Source: Macrostomum lignano (lineage: Eukaryota). Taken from it: a DNA stretch of 64,000 nucleotides. Each line of letters begins with the position of its first letter. Position 1 is the first letter of the stretch. The stretch covers positions 72,530 through 136,529 of the forward strand of contig NIVC01001245.1 of the NCBI GenBank assembly GCA_002269645.1. The letters run 5' to 3'. Below, piece by piece: positions 13,306 through 26,300 of the stretch. Both the position numbers and the translations under genes were made by a program. The notes below the pieces were generated by a model. It did not search any database. It was not told the DNA's origin and saw only the letters and a list, made by a program, of their open reading frames with translations.

Positions 13306-14049
13306 TCAGTCAAAGGGAGACCAGCATTCGCACAGGACGGCTCGCGGGGTAGCAGAGACCTCACTGAAGTCAGACAGCTTGTTGTGAGCGTACCACCTTC
13401 CGATAGCATTCTGCGGATCCTCGGGCTCGCCGATGCCCCACAGGGTGGCGTCAACGGAGATGTTGCAGCCGACACAGTACCAGCCGCCTGCTGGCTCCGG
13501 GCTGCCAGCCGGCTGAAGGCCGCCCAGCCAGAACGAGGTGCCGCCCGCCCGGCTGTCGTAGATCGAGTCCACGTGGCTCATCTCGGAGGCGTCCACAACG
13601 TCGGCCATGATCACCAGACCGCTCTCCGACTCGCACAGGCGTCTGCTCGGCCACCAGAAATCGACGTTAAAGTGCAGCTCGTACTTTACTCTGCACAGGT
13701 CGTCTCTGTAGCCAGACGGACACAGCGCGCCCGCCTCGAGTCCCGGCTGCTGCTTCTCAAACACCCGGCCTCTCCTGGAGCAGCCGCAGTCCCTCACCGA
13801 CTTGCTGCACTTGTCGAACACGAACAGCTGGCACGGACCGTCAGCCAGGCTGAACGCCTGACAACGCGGATTGCGGCTGCACAGAGTGGCGCACCCGATC
13901 TCAGAGTTCGAGTCACCTGGAATTTCAATGAAGTCGCTCCTGATGCACAGGTAGCCGGTGATCAGGTTGTAGGCGTCCTGCATCGCAGCTGGAGCTTGCA
14001 GAGCCAGCAGAATGATTGCCAGTTTGACGTGAGCTCCGGAGCTGAGCAT
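13306..14049 (-). CDS. Secreted PAN/apple-like + C-type lectin domain protein, 247 aa, intronless
   Basis: Signal peptide (KLAIILLALQAPA); CATLCSRNPRCQAF...CQL PAN-like Cys pattern; CTLD motifs FWLGG, EPAGGW, LWGIGEP, LCE. Confidence 0.85.
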   Translation of the reverse strand: MLSSGAHVKLAIILLALQAPAAMQDAYNLITGYLCIRSDFIEIPGDSNSEIGCATLCSRNPRCQAFSLADGPCQLFVFDKCSKSVRDCGCSRRGRVFEKQQPGLEAGALCPSGYRDDLCRVKYELHFNVDFWWPSRRLCESESGLVIMADVVDASEMSHVDSIYDSRAGGTSFWLGGLQPAGSPEPAGGWYCVGCNISVDATLWGIGEPEDPQNAIGRWYAHNKLSDFSEVSATPRAVLCECWSPFD

Positions 14050-15057
14050 CTTGAAGTTAATCGCTTTGTAATGTATCGTAAAAAACTTCTATTACCCTCT
14101 AGTCTTTCTGGGGGCAAGGAAAGGGTAATATTCCCCTAACTGGCCAATGCTAGATTAAAATATCGCTTGAGGATGGTCCATTGCTACCATGACAAACAGT
14201 CAAAACATTTAGCTTGCAACGCCCCCCCCCGCCATGCAGCACAGGTGGTGCATGAGTCACAAGCCATTCCTTAATATACTACGAGGGGTAGCCGTTTTCA
14301 TCCTGCTCATCATTAAAGCTATGATTCCTGTCTGTCTTTTCACCCCGTAAAGTTTAATGTGTCCTACTCCACTGTTGATGGAGCTCGTTGATTTATGAAT
14401 TATGCATGCAATATCCAATAATTTGTCGACCCAGTACCCACATGGGCCATTCATAATTATATTTAGCTTTAGCGAACGACGCCGAGGAAGGAAGGCGAAG
14501 GCACGTCACGGGCGAGGGAGACGAACCCGGGCGGAACAGGCGCCCTTGTGATTGGTCGAATATAGATTAATGAGCTGAGTACGAAGGCGATTTAAAGACA
14601 AATGTGCCTTTAAAAGGGGGGAAAAGAATAAAAAATTGAGCAGGGTAGCTGTGCCAGAGCAGCCCCGCGCGGCCTAAAAAACCCCCAAAGGGCCGGGTGG
14701 GGGACTCAAGCCCCCACCACCCCGCCAGACAGAGCACGCGCAACGGAGAGCCCACACAGGCCCGGGGGCGCCCCCCCCCCTGGGACGTGTTCGCTAACTC
14801 AGAGTAGCTACGCTACTCACAACCACCTAAATTTAGCAGCAATGCCGGTCAGACGAAAGTTACATCTATTGCTGTACCTGAGCAGGCGTCCTGCTGATAC
14901 CCACCAATTAAAATGCTTTTAATCGTGTGGTCGGCGCTATCGCTAAAGTACGAGCTTACTTCTTGTACTTCTGGCGCTAAATTACAACCACTAGGCTTCG
15001 CTCTCTAGGACTATCCACCTCAGCCTGCGACAGGCAATGTTTCAACGGAGTACGCGG

Positions 15058-15330
15058 TTAAATTGGCGCTAAAATACGCAAATCTGCTACAATAACACGC
15101 GCATGCAAATTAAGTGCGCTTCTGCTGTTTTGAATACAAAATAGTGCATTCAGTTTATTTGCGGATGCAAGAATGAACTTGGTATGAACCTTTGTGTCAC
15201 TTCCCCATCTGCAGCAAATAACTGTAATCAAAAGAGCAAGTATACTCAACAACATTAAAAAGTCACCACTTTGAGAGAGCGCAGTAAATTCTAGCTCAGT
15301 ATTGACTTTTGAGTGACGCAACTTGCGCCA
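15058..15330 (-). pseudogene. Possible hAT transposase C-terminal dimerisation-domain remnant
   Basis: LLSILALLITVICC...KLNALFCIQ loosely resembles the hATC pattern (LL.IL..LPVT.C...RLN.L.L). Weak similarity. Confidence 0.3.
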
Positions 15331-15801
15331 CGCGACGCAGAGCTGGGCTGGGTGAGGAGGGATTGGGAAGAGCGGAGGGCGAAGATGGATGGATTGAAGC
15401 TTCCGCCCGGTTTTCATAGTTTTTTTTCTAGCATTTTTTAGTATCAAAATGGTTGACCAGGTGATAGAGGCTCTCAAGCTAGCTCAGATTGGGATCGCAA
15501 ACGAATTAGGTTCGGCGGAAGGAGTCACCAGGGAACTCGATTCCGTGCGCGTGGCCATATTCATTTGGGGCTTGTGCACGAGCAATTCGACAGTTGATTG
15601 CCATGCGATTCGCATCCATTGAGGGCCAACCTCCAAGTGTACATATCTGACGATTGTTGTGTCTTGTGTGCTAGTAATAATATTTACTCTCGCAGTTTCG
15701 TGTACTTCTGTGTACACTTCCCACACCCCTTCCATGTACAGTGGAGTCTAAGAGTTTTCGTAGCTAATTGCAACTATCATGACTTGGCTTATTTCATAAC
15801 A

Positions 15802-16960
15802 TGGCGTCGCAAGTCTAAACTACCTACCTATCCAGTCTGGCAAGCATGGATTGAGGCCGCCAGAGCCTATGGTTTTTGACACCAAAGGGCGGACAACTGG
15901 AGAAGGTGGATCAAATCGTTCGATTTTTATATGAAAGCTACGAAAAGAACTGAAAAAAGCAACGATGTGAAGATTGCCATTCTGATAACCGCCCTGGGAT
16001 CCGACAGTCAAGATATCTTCTCCAGGTTTCCTGCAGACAAGGTAGCTATATTTACGACAAAGTAGTCGAGGCATTCAAAGACTACTGTGAGCCTCCGTCG
16101 CGCCATCCAGATGGGTCGAACATCCGAGACTTCGAAGCCGCAGGCTCGGACCCTGGCCACTGAGCAGATTAGCCGAGCGGCGCCTGCACCCGCGCCAGCG
16201 TCTGTCGATGCCGTGCAAAACCAAGCCAAGGCGACAGTCAGCCACGCCAGATCGGCTCGAAGCTGCGGATTCTGCGGACAGCAGCATGAGCGGCGCAAGT
16301 GCCCGGCCTTCGGGAAGACCTGCAATAACTGTGGTCGCACGAATCATTTTGCGTCCGTGAGCCGCTCAGCGAATGTCACGAGCTGGTGGAGGACTCCAAG
16401 GCCGACTGTGCTGGCGACGCTCCGACAGCAGCTATCATGACGGTGGAGAAGCCGAATGCTCGCCAGCCCAAGCTGCAGACTGATGCCTCGGCTATGATGG
16501 TTTGCCAGTCACGGACTCTGGAAGAAAAATGCACTTCAAGGTACGAGTAAAACTGGGGCGGATGTCAATGTGATTCCTCTGAGACAGCTGACCCAGTGTC
16601 ATCGCCCTGCCGTAAGAATGTCAGACTTCAGTTTTTAGTCATTGGCGAGAACTCTACACCGATTATCGGCTGGAAATCAGCAAACAAGGAGCTTCAGTTG
16701 GTCAAGAAACTATTTGTTGAGCAAAGCCAGAGCAGCAGCATCAGCAAAGTGCAAAAAGTAGTTCCCCCCGCGGGGCCCCCGGACAACGGACACCCGGACA
16801 ATCCGTCGATGAAGTGTCGCACCCAACCAGAATCCTGCGAAACTGGGTGCCGGCCCACTGCGGCGTGCCCGGCAACGAAGCCGCGGACCAGCAAGTCTGT
16901 ATATCAACCCATTCGAAAGCTAAGGTGCCGGGCCGCTGAAAGGGACCACGGAGGTTGCCT
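15802..16960 (+). mobile_element. Decayed Ty3/Gypsy gag-protease fragment
   Basis: ATAACA-TGGCG LTR-end/PBS-like junction at about 15801; frameshifted gag (DNWRRWIKSFDFYMKA...KIAILITALG...YDKVVEAFKDYCEP); zinc knuckle CPAFGKTCNNCGRTNHFASV; protease TGADVNVIPL and FLVIGENSTPIIG. No RT found. Confidence 0.8.
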
Positions 16961-17658
16961 TTATCCGAAGATAGGACTCTGCTTGGGTGTTCATCGAGAG
17001 TCTACTGCACCAACCCGAGGACTTCTCAGCAGAGATCTATTGTGAATGTGACTGACGAAATGCTTGGGTGAAAAAACTACTAACAGTGCGAGAAGGTTCC
17101 CATATGTAACCAGGGGTTGTGATACTTCCAGCCTTCCAATGCTAACTGCTGATCTCTCAAACTCAAACTCACAGCAGGTTTACAGAAATTACAGCCTTCC
17201 GATGCTAACAGCTTGGCAAGTGAAAAAAAAGAATTATCTTTAGTGAATAACTTTGTCTCTGTACAATACTTATTCACTGCTACGGATTTGGAAATATAAT
17301 TTTAGCATTTTCGTTCTTCGTTTCAACAAATTGTCTAGTTATGCCTGGGCCCACAATTTCAACCCTCGCTGTTTTTTGTGAGCAATTCGTCAAGACTAAA
17401 ATAAAAAGCAAAATGGCTGCACAGCAGTGTGCATGATTTTGTCAACTCCTTAACCCTCTAAGATAAGGTAGCTGACAATACGTTTACATAGGTTGTACAG
17501 TCTTGCCCAGTACAGTTGAAAATAGCCTTATAACTATGAAGCTTGTGCAGCACCATATCATGGCTCATTGCTAACGCAGACAAGAATTTAAGACAATCAC
17601 AATTGCTTTTGCTGAATTTTCAAGAACATCAAACCGGGACCAGTGTTGAGTACTTCAA

Positions 17659-20017
17659 ATGGCGGACGATAACAACGAACTGCATAGGCAATCGCTTGAA
17701 GAAAAGACTAAAGAGTGCGAGAAATTAAGGGAAAAAAGTCGAAAGCTCAAGTTTAAAGTGTCGCAGCTGGAAATTCGGCTAAAGGAAGCGGAGAGCCAGC
17801 CATATCGTTCTCAATCGCTTCCAAGGCAGAGAAGGAATGGACTGGAGAGTGCAGATCTGCAGAAAGTCAAGGATCAAGCCATGGTGGAGGCTACGGAGAA
17901 GCTTCAAGCCAAATTTGATGAAGAACTGGCTGCGGCAGTTGCAGCAGAACGAGCGAAATGGGAGCAAGAAATGGAGGCAACGCAAAAGCAGTTCGAGGAC
18001 AAAATTCGAGATCAGGATTCGGCGCTTGTTGAAGCCAGAGAAGAGCTTGAAAGACTCAAGGCTACACAAGAAGGAGAGAATAACCGACTAAGTGTACCCA
18101 ATCAGCCTAAAGGAGGCCTAGACTCATCATCATCGGAGTCTGAGCTGCAGAAGATGGCCCAGCAGATCAGCCAGGTGAGCCAGCAGCAGGCCAGCCTGCA
18201 CGACAGCCTGAGAGACAACAGCGGAAGTATCGAGCAGATTCGCAACCTGATGCGGGAACGACAAGCCGAGATGAAGAAGAAGCTGGCAGACAAGGATGCT
18301 GAGCTGGGAGAAAAGACTGAGCAGTGCGAGACTCTGCTAGGCAGCAGTGAGCAGATGAAGACCGAGTTGGCGAGGCTGCGCACCCGAGAGGAGGAGTGGC
18401 AGCAGACCAGCGCAGACTACCAGAAACTGAAGAACCAGTACAACCTGCTGACCAACACCAAGGAGCGCCTGGAGTCTGAGAAGGCCGACCTGCAGCGCAG
18501 CAGAGATGAGACGCTGGCGGCTGAGACGCAGAAGCTGCAGGCCAAGTTTGATGAAGAACGAAGCGCTGCGGTGGAGGCTGAGCGAGACAAGTGGCAACAG
18601 GAGTTGGCTGAGCTGCAGGCCAATCACGCTGCTGAGGTCAAAGCGCTACAACTGGAGCTGACAGGTGCAAAGAAGGAAAATGAAGGCAACTTGCAGGCTG
18701 CTCAGGCTGAGAATGAGCGGGCGCTGACCTCAGAGCGGGAGAGATGTCGAGCAGAGGCTGACAGACTTGTTGCTGAGCACGCGAGCGCTATTGAAGCGAT
18801 GAGGAAGGAGTTTGAGGAGAAAATCCGAGAGCAGGAGAGGCTGACCGAGGAAGCCAGGCGGGAACTGCAGGAGCTCAGCGAGAAGCACGAGGCAGAGAAG
18901 GCCGAGATGTTTGAGTTGGTTAAGCAGTTTGGTTTGAGTAGCTTCTCAACCGATAACTTCAGAAGCAACGATGCTGGCACGATGACCGACTCCTCTGCCG
19001 AGACGCTTAAGCTTGCCGAGCGCATTAGCTTAGGCTCCAGTGGCGCAAGGGCTGGTCAAGGAGCGGAAACGAGCACGGAAGCTCAAAGCCAACCAGCCAG
19101 CATTGACAGCTTTTGTTTTCTGTCACAGAGCGATGTTCTACTTGACAGGTTGGCTTTAAAACAATCCTTACATAACCATAGTTCTATAAGGAGGTTGTAG
19201 CCCAGTGGTTAGAGCGCGTCTGACTCACGACTGAAAGGTCAGGGGTTCGATTCCTGATTCCATAGGAACAATTTGTGTTCTTGAGCAAGACACTTAACTC
19301 TGCATTGCTGTAAAACGGATGCCAGCATTTGCTGGGGTAATTAAGGATTTGTGTGGCTACCCTTGTTGTTCTTGGACTGAACAGCCATATTCAGCCTTCA
19401 GATGCCCCGCGCAATAGCTGCGGCTGAGCTGTCGGTTGCATAATCTTTCTATTAGGGCAGGTGTAATCAATTTTTTTCAATAGTTCACAAGATTCAAATT
19501 TGATTTCAGCGTAAAACTCCGCAAGAAAGCCAGCTCGATGGCCAAGGAGCTCCTGGAGGCGAGGTCCCAGCTGCAACAGTCAAGCGAATACGCCGAGAAC
19601 TTTCAGCGCTGCTCTCATCAAGTTGACGCAGCCAACTGCGACCTCTACAAGGAAATTGAGGGGCATAAAAAGCAGATAAGCACGGTCAGCCAAGTGGCCG
19701 AAGAGATGCGAGAGAAGTTCATATCGGAGGCGCGACGCGTGGCAAAGTTGGAGACGAAGTTGGCCAGCCTGAGGCAGGAAAACTCGGAGCTGCAGTGCAG
19801 AGACGCGACGCTAAGACTGGCTCAGGTCAATGACGCCTCCGAGATCGCCAGCCTCAACCGACGCCTGGACGAAGCCAAGAGAGGCCTGGCACAGGCTGCG
19901 GAGACTGCAGACTTGGCCAATAAGAAACTGGAAGAGACCAGACTCGAGATGGTGAAGCTCAAAGCCAAATACCAATCAGTGAAGCAGGAGCTTCTGAAGG
20001 CTCAAAGAGGAACCTGA
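17659..20017 (+). CDS. Coiled-coil family gene A; large exon 17659..about 19148 (donor uncertain) plus final exon 19510..20017
   Basis: 513-codon heptad ORF with an internal duplication (KLQAKFDEE...AER.KW.QE twice); TTTCAG acceptor at 19509; last exon shares the EVAEE.R...ATLRLAQ domain with genes B and C. Confidence 0.75.
19190..19418 (+). mobile_element. tRNA-derived SINE family A (CORE-like), copy 1
   Basis: A box TAGCCCAGTGG, B box GGTTCGATTCC, body CTTGAGCAAGACACTTAA; matches 49728-49974 and 50508-50724. Confidence 0.85.
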
Positions 20018-20392
20018 GGATGGTTGTGTGACTCAACAGTTTTTTATGATAACCTTTAACGCGTAATATTTGTCGAATTCAATTTTTTGTCGTATTACGA
20101 GTAGCTAGTGAAGCTTCAAAACTTCTAAACAGGGATCTAAGGGTTGAGATGTGTTCTGTTTTCATATGCGAATCTATATATATTCCAGAATGCTTATAAA
20201 TTTTGTACAGCAATTTTTCACGCAGTTCGTCGTTTAAAGAGCAACTCAATTTGCAATAAGCTTGTCTAATATTTTGTTTTCAAATCGATCCAAATACTCG
20301 TAATTACGATTCTGCTGTAAACAATGTAAAAACTCAGCTTATCTTAATATTAGCATCCATGCTTCCTTTTAGGCTCACTACCAGATTAAGAA

Positions 20393-20393
<1 letters not shown>

Positions 20394-20446
<53 letters not shown>

Positions 20447-20461
20447 CAGTAGTAGTAGTAG
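20394..20461. repeat. (AGT)n microsatellite
   Basis: About 22 AGT units. Confidence 0.95.
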
Positions 20462-20903
20462 ATGTAAAAAGCAACACAGCGTCCTCCTGGATACTAGAGG
20501 AATAGCTTATAATATCAATTCACTATAGAGGCTACGGCACTTGCAGAAGGTTTGAACATCTGGCATTTACTAGTAGGATAGAAGTTGGAAAATAAGCTCA
20601 AAATGAGTACTCAATGCTAGCTTTCGACTGTACTCGAACTGGAAAAATAGCTCTCAGCGCTACTTTCTTTATTTCGGCAGTTGGTACCTTGTTACGAGTG
20701 TGCTTAGCGTTGCTTACATAAAAATATGTATTTTGCGATCAGTGGACTGGGTGGCAACCGTTGGAGATCGAGAATTGAGGCTTTCCGAGCGTAGAGTCAT
20801 TGTGACTTCTCGAAACTACAAAGTTCGCAGGCCTGGATTTCAAAGCACCAGTTCTGAAAAGCGAGCTGCACAAGGGACTGCTGACACAGGCTCTCAGTTC
20901 GGT

Positions 20904-21893
20904 ATGGATTTCCGTGATTCCTATACTCAGGTAAACTATGTGTAAAAGTTTGAAATGATCGATTTATATTTTACCTGAGACACAACAGAGTACTTAAACT
21001 CTATTGTGGGTATCAAATCCATTTCAGACTGAAGAAATAGATTTCACTGATTCTTACTTTCGGTTATCTACTCGAGATACTGCCATTCAGTGCCTGCCGA
21101 TCGAGCTCAGTAATGCCGGGATCCTATTCGAGCCATTATGTCAAGAAAATTGTGCTCAAGTAAACTATGCGTCAAAGTTTGAAATATGCTGCGATAGATC
21201 ATATTTTATCTGAGATATAGCATAGTATGATGAGTACTTGAACTATTGTATCAAATCTATTTCAGACGCTTGAGCTTGACACTGATGACTGTTGTGTTCA
21301 AACTGATCCTGATGACAATGCGTTTGATATTGAGACTCAACAGTATTCCATGCTACTAAAGAAACTGAACGAGAAGCAAGCTGAGTTAGACAAACTGCTT
21401 AAGGACTTAAAAGAATCACGAAACAAAGTCAAAGAGCTCAATGAGATACTCAATGTGTACAAGAACGATACAGTGAGTAATTTAAATATCAATTTCTAGT
21501 TTTCTTTTCGAGAGTGCCTCTTTCACAGGTGACACTTCTTGCAGGAAGACGAAGCCCGAAGTTCAAACGAGACAAGTCGAGGCTTCACAGCTCTCGTACG
21601 CCACGGATTTAAAGCGGTACTCAGAAAGCATTGAAGCTGTCAACGACAGGCTGCACCGAAGACTGCAGGAGAGCAACCGTCAGCGGGACTCGGTGATTGA
21701 AGTGGCCGAAGAGTTGCGCAACAGACTGCTGGCTGAGTCGCGGCAGCTCACCGAGGTCAGGCAGGAGTACGCGGAGCTGCAGGCCGACAATGCCACTCTG
21801 AGACTGGCTCAGGCCAGAGACTGCAGCCACTGCGCCAGTCTGCAGAAGCAACTGGACGAGGCAGAGAAGGAATTGGCTGAGACTAGACTCTAG
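20904..21893 (+). CDS. Coiled-coil family gene B; join(20904..20930,21028..21159,21266..21472,21513..21893), about 248 aa
   Basis: Phase-0 exons join in frame; introns 1 and 2 are duplicates of each other; carries one divergent EKQ.ELD motif and the shared ATLRLAQ C-terminal domain. The last acceptor needs an atypical GAG, and the start codon is uncertain. Confidence 0.6.
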
Positions 21894-22494
21894 ACTGGGA
21901 GGCCCTCTAATTCCTAGTGTGTCGGGCGATGAGACTTGGCCAGTGGCATTTGAAGGTCACTGTGAAACATTCTACTTTAAGGACGTTATTGCGAATAAGC
22001 ACGTCGACTAGGCTTTGAAAACAATAATTTGGCAGATGGCGAATTACGAGCTACTCGTAAATAATTCCAATTTAGAGAAAAACATTTTCTTTTGCTAAGG
22101 AATAAAACGTCTCACTAGAAGTTCCCACTCAATATTTTATTGAATAATAAATGCCATGACTTTTAGCAACCCTAAATATTGTAAAAAATAAAATCAATAA
22201 GATACAAAACTACGTAAACTTTGTCAGAAAGAACTAATAGTTTTGTATTTCTCGGCTTTTTAATCCTTAATTGTATTGAAAAGTGGACGTGACTGCGAAT
22301 TTCCGCCCTCTGGAAGTTTTCGTGCTATAACGCACTTAAACAAGAATGAAGTCAACAGCGCTCCAGGACTTCATTATTTAATGCAAAGTTCCAGGGGTCG
22401 GCAGACTCTGACCTGCGAAGCCTCTCTATCCAGCCCTTGGGTCCTTTGAGACCTTCACAATAGCAATCGGGCCTGCTCAAAGTTTTTGTCACTT

Positions 22495-22830
22495 CTCAGC
22501 TCTCTTTTTTCATCTCCTCTTCTCTCCCCTTTTTTACACTTATCCCCCATCTCCGCTCTCTCCCCTCTCTCTTTCTTTCTCTCCTTTCTCCCCTCTTCTC
22601 TCTCCGCTCTTCTCTCCTCTCTCCCCTCCTCTCTCCCATTCTCTCCTCTCTCCCCTTCTCTCCTCTCTCCCTTTCTCTTCTCTCTCCAATCCTCTTTTCT
22701 CCCCTCTTCTTCCCTCTCTTCATTCTCCTCTCTTCCTTCCTTCCCCCTACTTTCTACCCTCTCCTCTCTCCCCTCTTCTAATCTCTCCTCTCTCATCTCC
22801 CCTCTTTCGTCTCTCTTCTCTCTTCTCCTC
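22495..22830. repeat. CT-rich low-complexity polypyrimidine tract
   Basis: About 335 bp almost entirely C/T on the + strand. Confidence 0.9.
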
Positions 22831-23342
22831 TCTTTGGCCTGCAGTCATACGCACTCTGGCTGCTAGATTCTATATCTGGCTTTTATGAGCGTAAGTTAAA
22901 AAAAATTGCAGACAATCGCTTTATACGCCCGTACAATCAAAAGTGTACATTTGTAGTGTACATTTATAAATTTGCAAAGGCAACGTACGTTTCGCAAGGT
23001 GGCGATCAGTACACGCGCAAAGGCCTAGAAACTCGAGTACAAGCGTAGCTCTCACTCCTGGCTGAACATCCAAAGTAGGCTATGTATAGTTTCTCTTCAG
23101 TTCTCTGCCTCTTTTAGTACCTTGTTCAACAAAATAGATAGATAAGTGCATGGTACGCTCGTATTATATTTTACTTTAATTAATTTTAAATGGCACTATC
23201 GTAAGAATATGTACAACCAGCGTGAGTTGTTAGCCCAAACATTACGAGCGCATGTTAAATGAAAAAGACATCGTTGCAATTCATTTAAACAGTTTTTGAT
23301 TTTCAAATTGCCTCATCATTGTCGGAGTCTGACCTGCAGAAG

Positions 23343-26300
23343 ATGGAGCAGAGTAGTCAGGTGAGTCAGATGCAGGCCAATCTGAATGACTACAAAAGAT
23401 GAAGCGGTATTCGAAAATGCTCAAAGCATCCAAGAGTATGTGTCGAGGTAGTGAACAAAAAACTGTCATTAATAATTTTAGCCCGCTAGGAAATTCAAGC
23501 ATTATGGGAATCGAGGAATGAGGCCAGCGATGCAAGGCGAGACGGTCGGCGAGAACTCTGATGCTCAAAAAGATAAAACAATCCGGGAGCTGCGTAAACA
23601 GCTGGAGGAGAAGCAGATGGACCTGGACAGTTTGCTTCAAGACTTTGATGAGACTCGACACACGGTCTACCAGCTCAACGAGAAGGTCAAGGAGTACAAG
23701 AGTCGGTAAGCGATGTTTGATTTACAGAGTGGAGAAAACATTTACGAGACCACTGTTTGAGCATTCAAGTTGTAAGTGAACAAATTTTTCATGGGTTTAG
23801 AAGTTTTGGAAGTTTGGGTCGAAAGACAGACCTAGACAACTTAAGTAGAACGACACAAAATATGTGCGAACTTGGGGCTCATTTTGAAGCGATAAGTCAT
23901 AGAACAGAACCAACGCTAAAAATTCAGTCTCTAAAAAGAAAATCAAAAGCCTTCATTGACTACATGTATCTTGTATCAAGAGGCTTCCCCAGCGGTGATA
24001 ATTGGGGATAGAGGGGAAAGAGGATTTCATGTGTACTTAGAAGCTTTTCAAATTATCTTCGAACTGCTGTGGGCCGCGTCAACTTGTCTGTCCCCAGCGG
24101 ATCTCGATGCTGTAAAGCAGGACGGTCTCGACCACCTCCCAGAGGAACGCTGTCCTCCGGCGATCAGGTAGGGCGTCAGACTGCAGGACCGCCTTCACAG
24201 AATAGAGGGGCAAGGCAACCAGACTGCTGAGGTAGACGATTTTTTACTTCGCGGAAGTTGTGCACGCTGCACGCAATGTACCACCATTGGGAGCATGGCT
24301 CTGACAACCAAGTTGAATGCCTTTTGAAATCTATGAAGACAACAATCAGGATCAACTGTCGTATTTCCCGCCTTCTCAATGTCTTGGCGAAAAACTAAAA
24401 TCTGCAACCACTGTGCCGCAATGGGGCTGGAACACGTTCTCAGAAAATAGCGACGATGTGTGCCGTAGTACATTTGTTAGGCGCCGCCTCACCGAAGAGT
24501 AAGCGTTTCATCACTAGAAGACCTTACTGGCCACACAGGGGATGCGCAATGCTTTGATGGGCACCTCGTCTGTTTTCCAGCCCGGTGACTTGTCTGCAGA
24601 GCGTCACAACGTCGGCTATGCTGACTGGTGCTAAGCTGAATTTCTCATCTTGCGGATTGAGTAGCAGGGGCGGCAGCGCGTTTGCGAAGGCAGAAAAAAC
24701 TCACACAGCTCGTTTCAGTTAACCAGTTTAAACTCCAAAGCTAGATGGGTTTCGTCCCGTCTGAGCGAAATAGGAAAAGTTGAAATTTAGTCAGAACTTT
24801 GCTTGCACAATTCACACATACGCACGAAAAACCTGCATGATTTGGAATTCGGTAGTCCAGAAGGTGAGACATTGGTCTTCCAATGCAAAAAAGGAAACTT
24901 CCTGTTTCGCATATGCATTTGATATTAACCTGCTGCTCTCCAACAAGTGGATTCCCTTATTGTGCAAACGTACTATAATCATTAGACTTTATTAGTCAGT
25001 GAGTTTCTACGGGAGCTGACGAAACCCGCCAATCTCCAGAGCGGAGCAGTGGGCTCAGCTGGCCAGCAGTCGCGCATCTGGCGACCGCGGAGACGCCACC
25101 GCCACCGGCAGGCTGGAGAAGCTGCTGGCAGAGAAGCAGGTGGAGCTGGACAGCGTGCTCGAAGATTTTGACGAGACTCGACACAAAGTCTACGAGCTCA
25201 ACGAGAAGATTAAGGACTACGAGAGACGGTAAACCTTTTGCTATACTTTCCATATATTCACATCCGGGTTCGTCGCTTCATTATAACAAATTTATTTGTT
25301 TTTCCAAATTCCAGAAGCGACCGTCGCGACAACGTCGCCAACGTTCGAGCCGACGGAGACGTCAGCAAGCTGCAGACTCAGCTGACTAAAAATCAGGAAG
25401 AGCTGGACAGGTTGACTGAAGATCTGGACGAGATTAGGCATAAAGTGTACGAACTGAATGAGAAGGTCAAGGACTACGAGAATCGGTGAGCTTAGGATAG
25501 AAATCCTTTGAGTCGTCGTGATCCTTCTGGTGGCATCTGGTGCCCTTCCCTGATCATTCAGGTGGCATCTGGTGCCCCCTCCCTGATCCTTCAGGTGGCA
25601 TATGGTGCCCCTCTCTGAACCTTCAGGTGACATCTGGTGTCGCCTCTCTGAACCTTCAGGTGGCCTCTGCTGTCCCCTCCCTGGTCCTTCAGGTGGCATC
25701 TGGTGACCCTCCCTGATCCTTCAGGTGGCATCTGGTGCCCCCTCCCTGATTCTTCAGGTGGCATCTGGTGCCCCCTCCCTGATTCTTCAGGTGGCATCTG
25801 GTGCCCCCTCCCTGAACCTTCAGGTGACATATGGTGCCCCTCCCTGATCTTTCAGGTGCATCTGGTGCCCCCTCCCTGAACCTTCCAGCGGCCTCTGCTG
25901 TCCCTTCCTTGATCATTCCGGTGGTCCTATTACCCTCTAATCACCCAGATCCCCTGCTACCCCCTACGAAGCAAGGGAGAGAGAGATAAGAATAACAAGA
26001 TTGAGCTAGACAGAGAGAGAGAGAGAGAGATAACAGTAAACAGAGACAAGTGAAGGTGAACTAAAGAAAGGACTAGAAAAGTCGCGACAACCTCCTTCAG
26101 GTTGCTGTGTCCACTCCCTTCCTTCAGACATCTTACAGAATCTCTCCCTACCGATTTTGTAAAGCTTGGCCAGGAGATCTGAACAAACTAATAAGCTTAA
26201 AAAAGTTTTTAATTACTATTTCCGATGAATTTTATAGCGGCTTGCATGCCAGTCCAGGCCAGACAGGAGTCAAGAACGGCGGTGCTGAAGCCAACAGCAT

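Noticed and set aside
13297-14139. 280-aa plus-strand ORF
   Set aside because: Antisense shadow of the lectin gene with no recognisable motifs.
22455-22866. Glu/Arg-rich and Ser/Leu-rich ORFs
   Set aside because: CT low-complexity tract.
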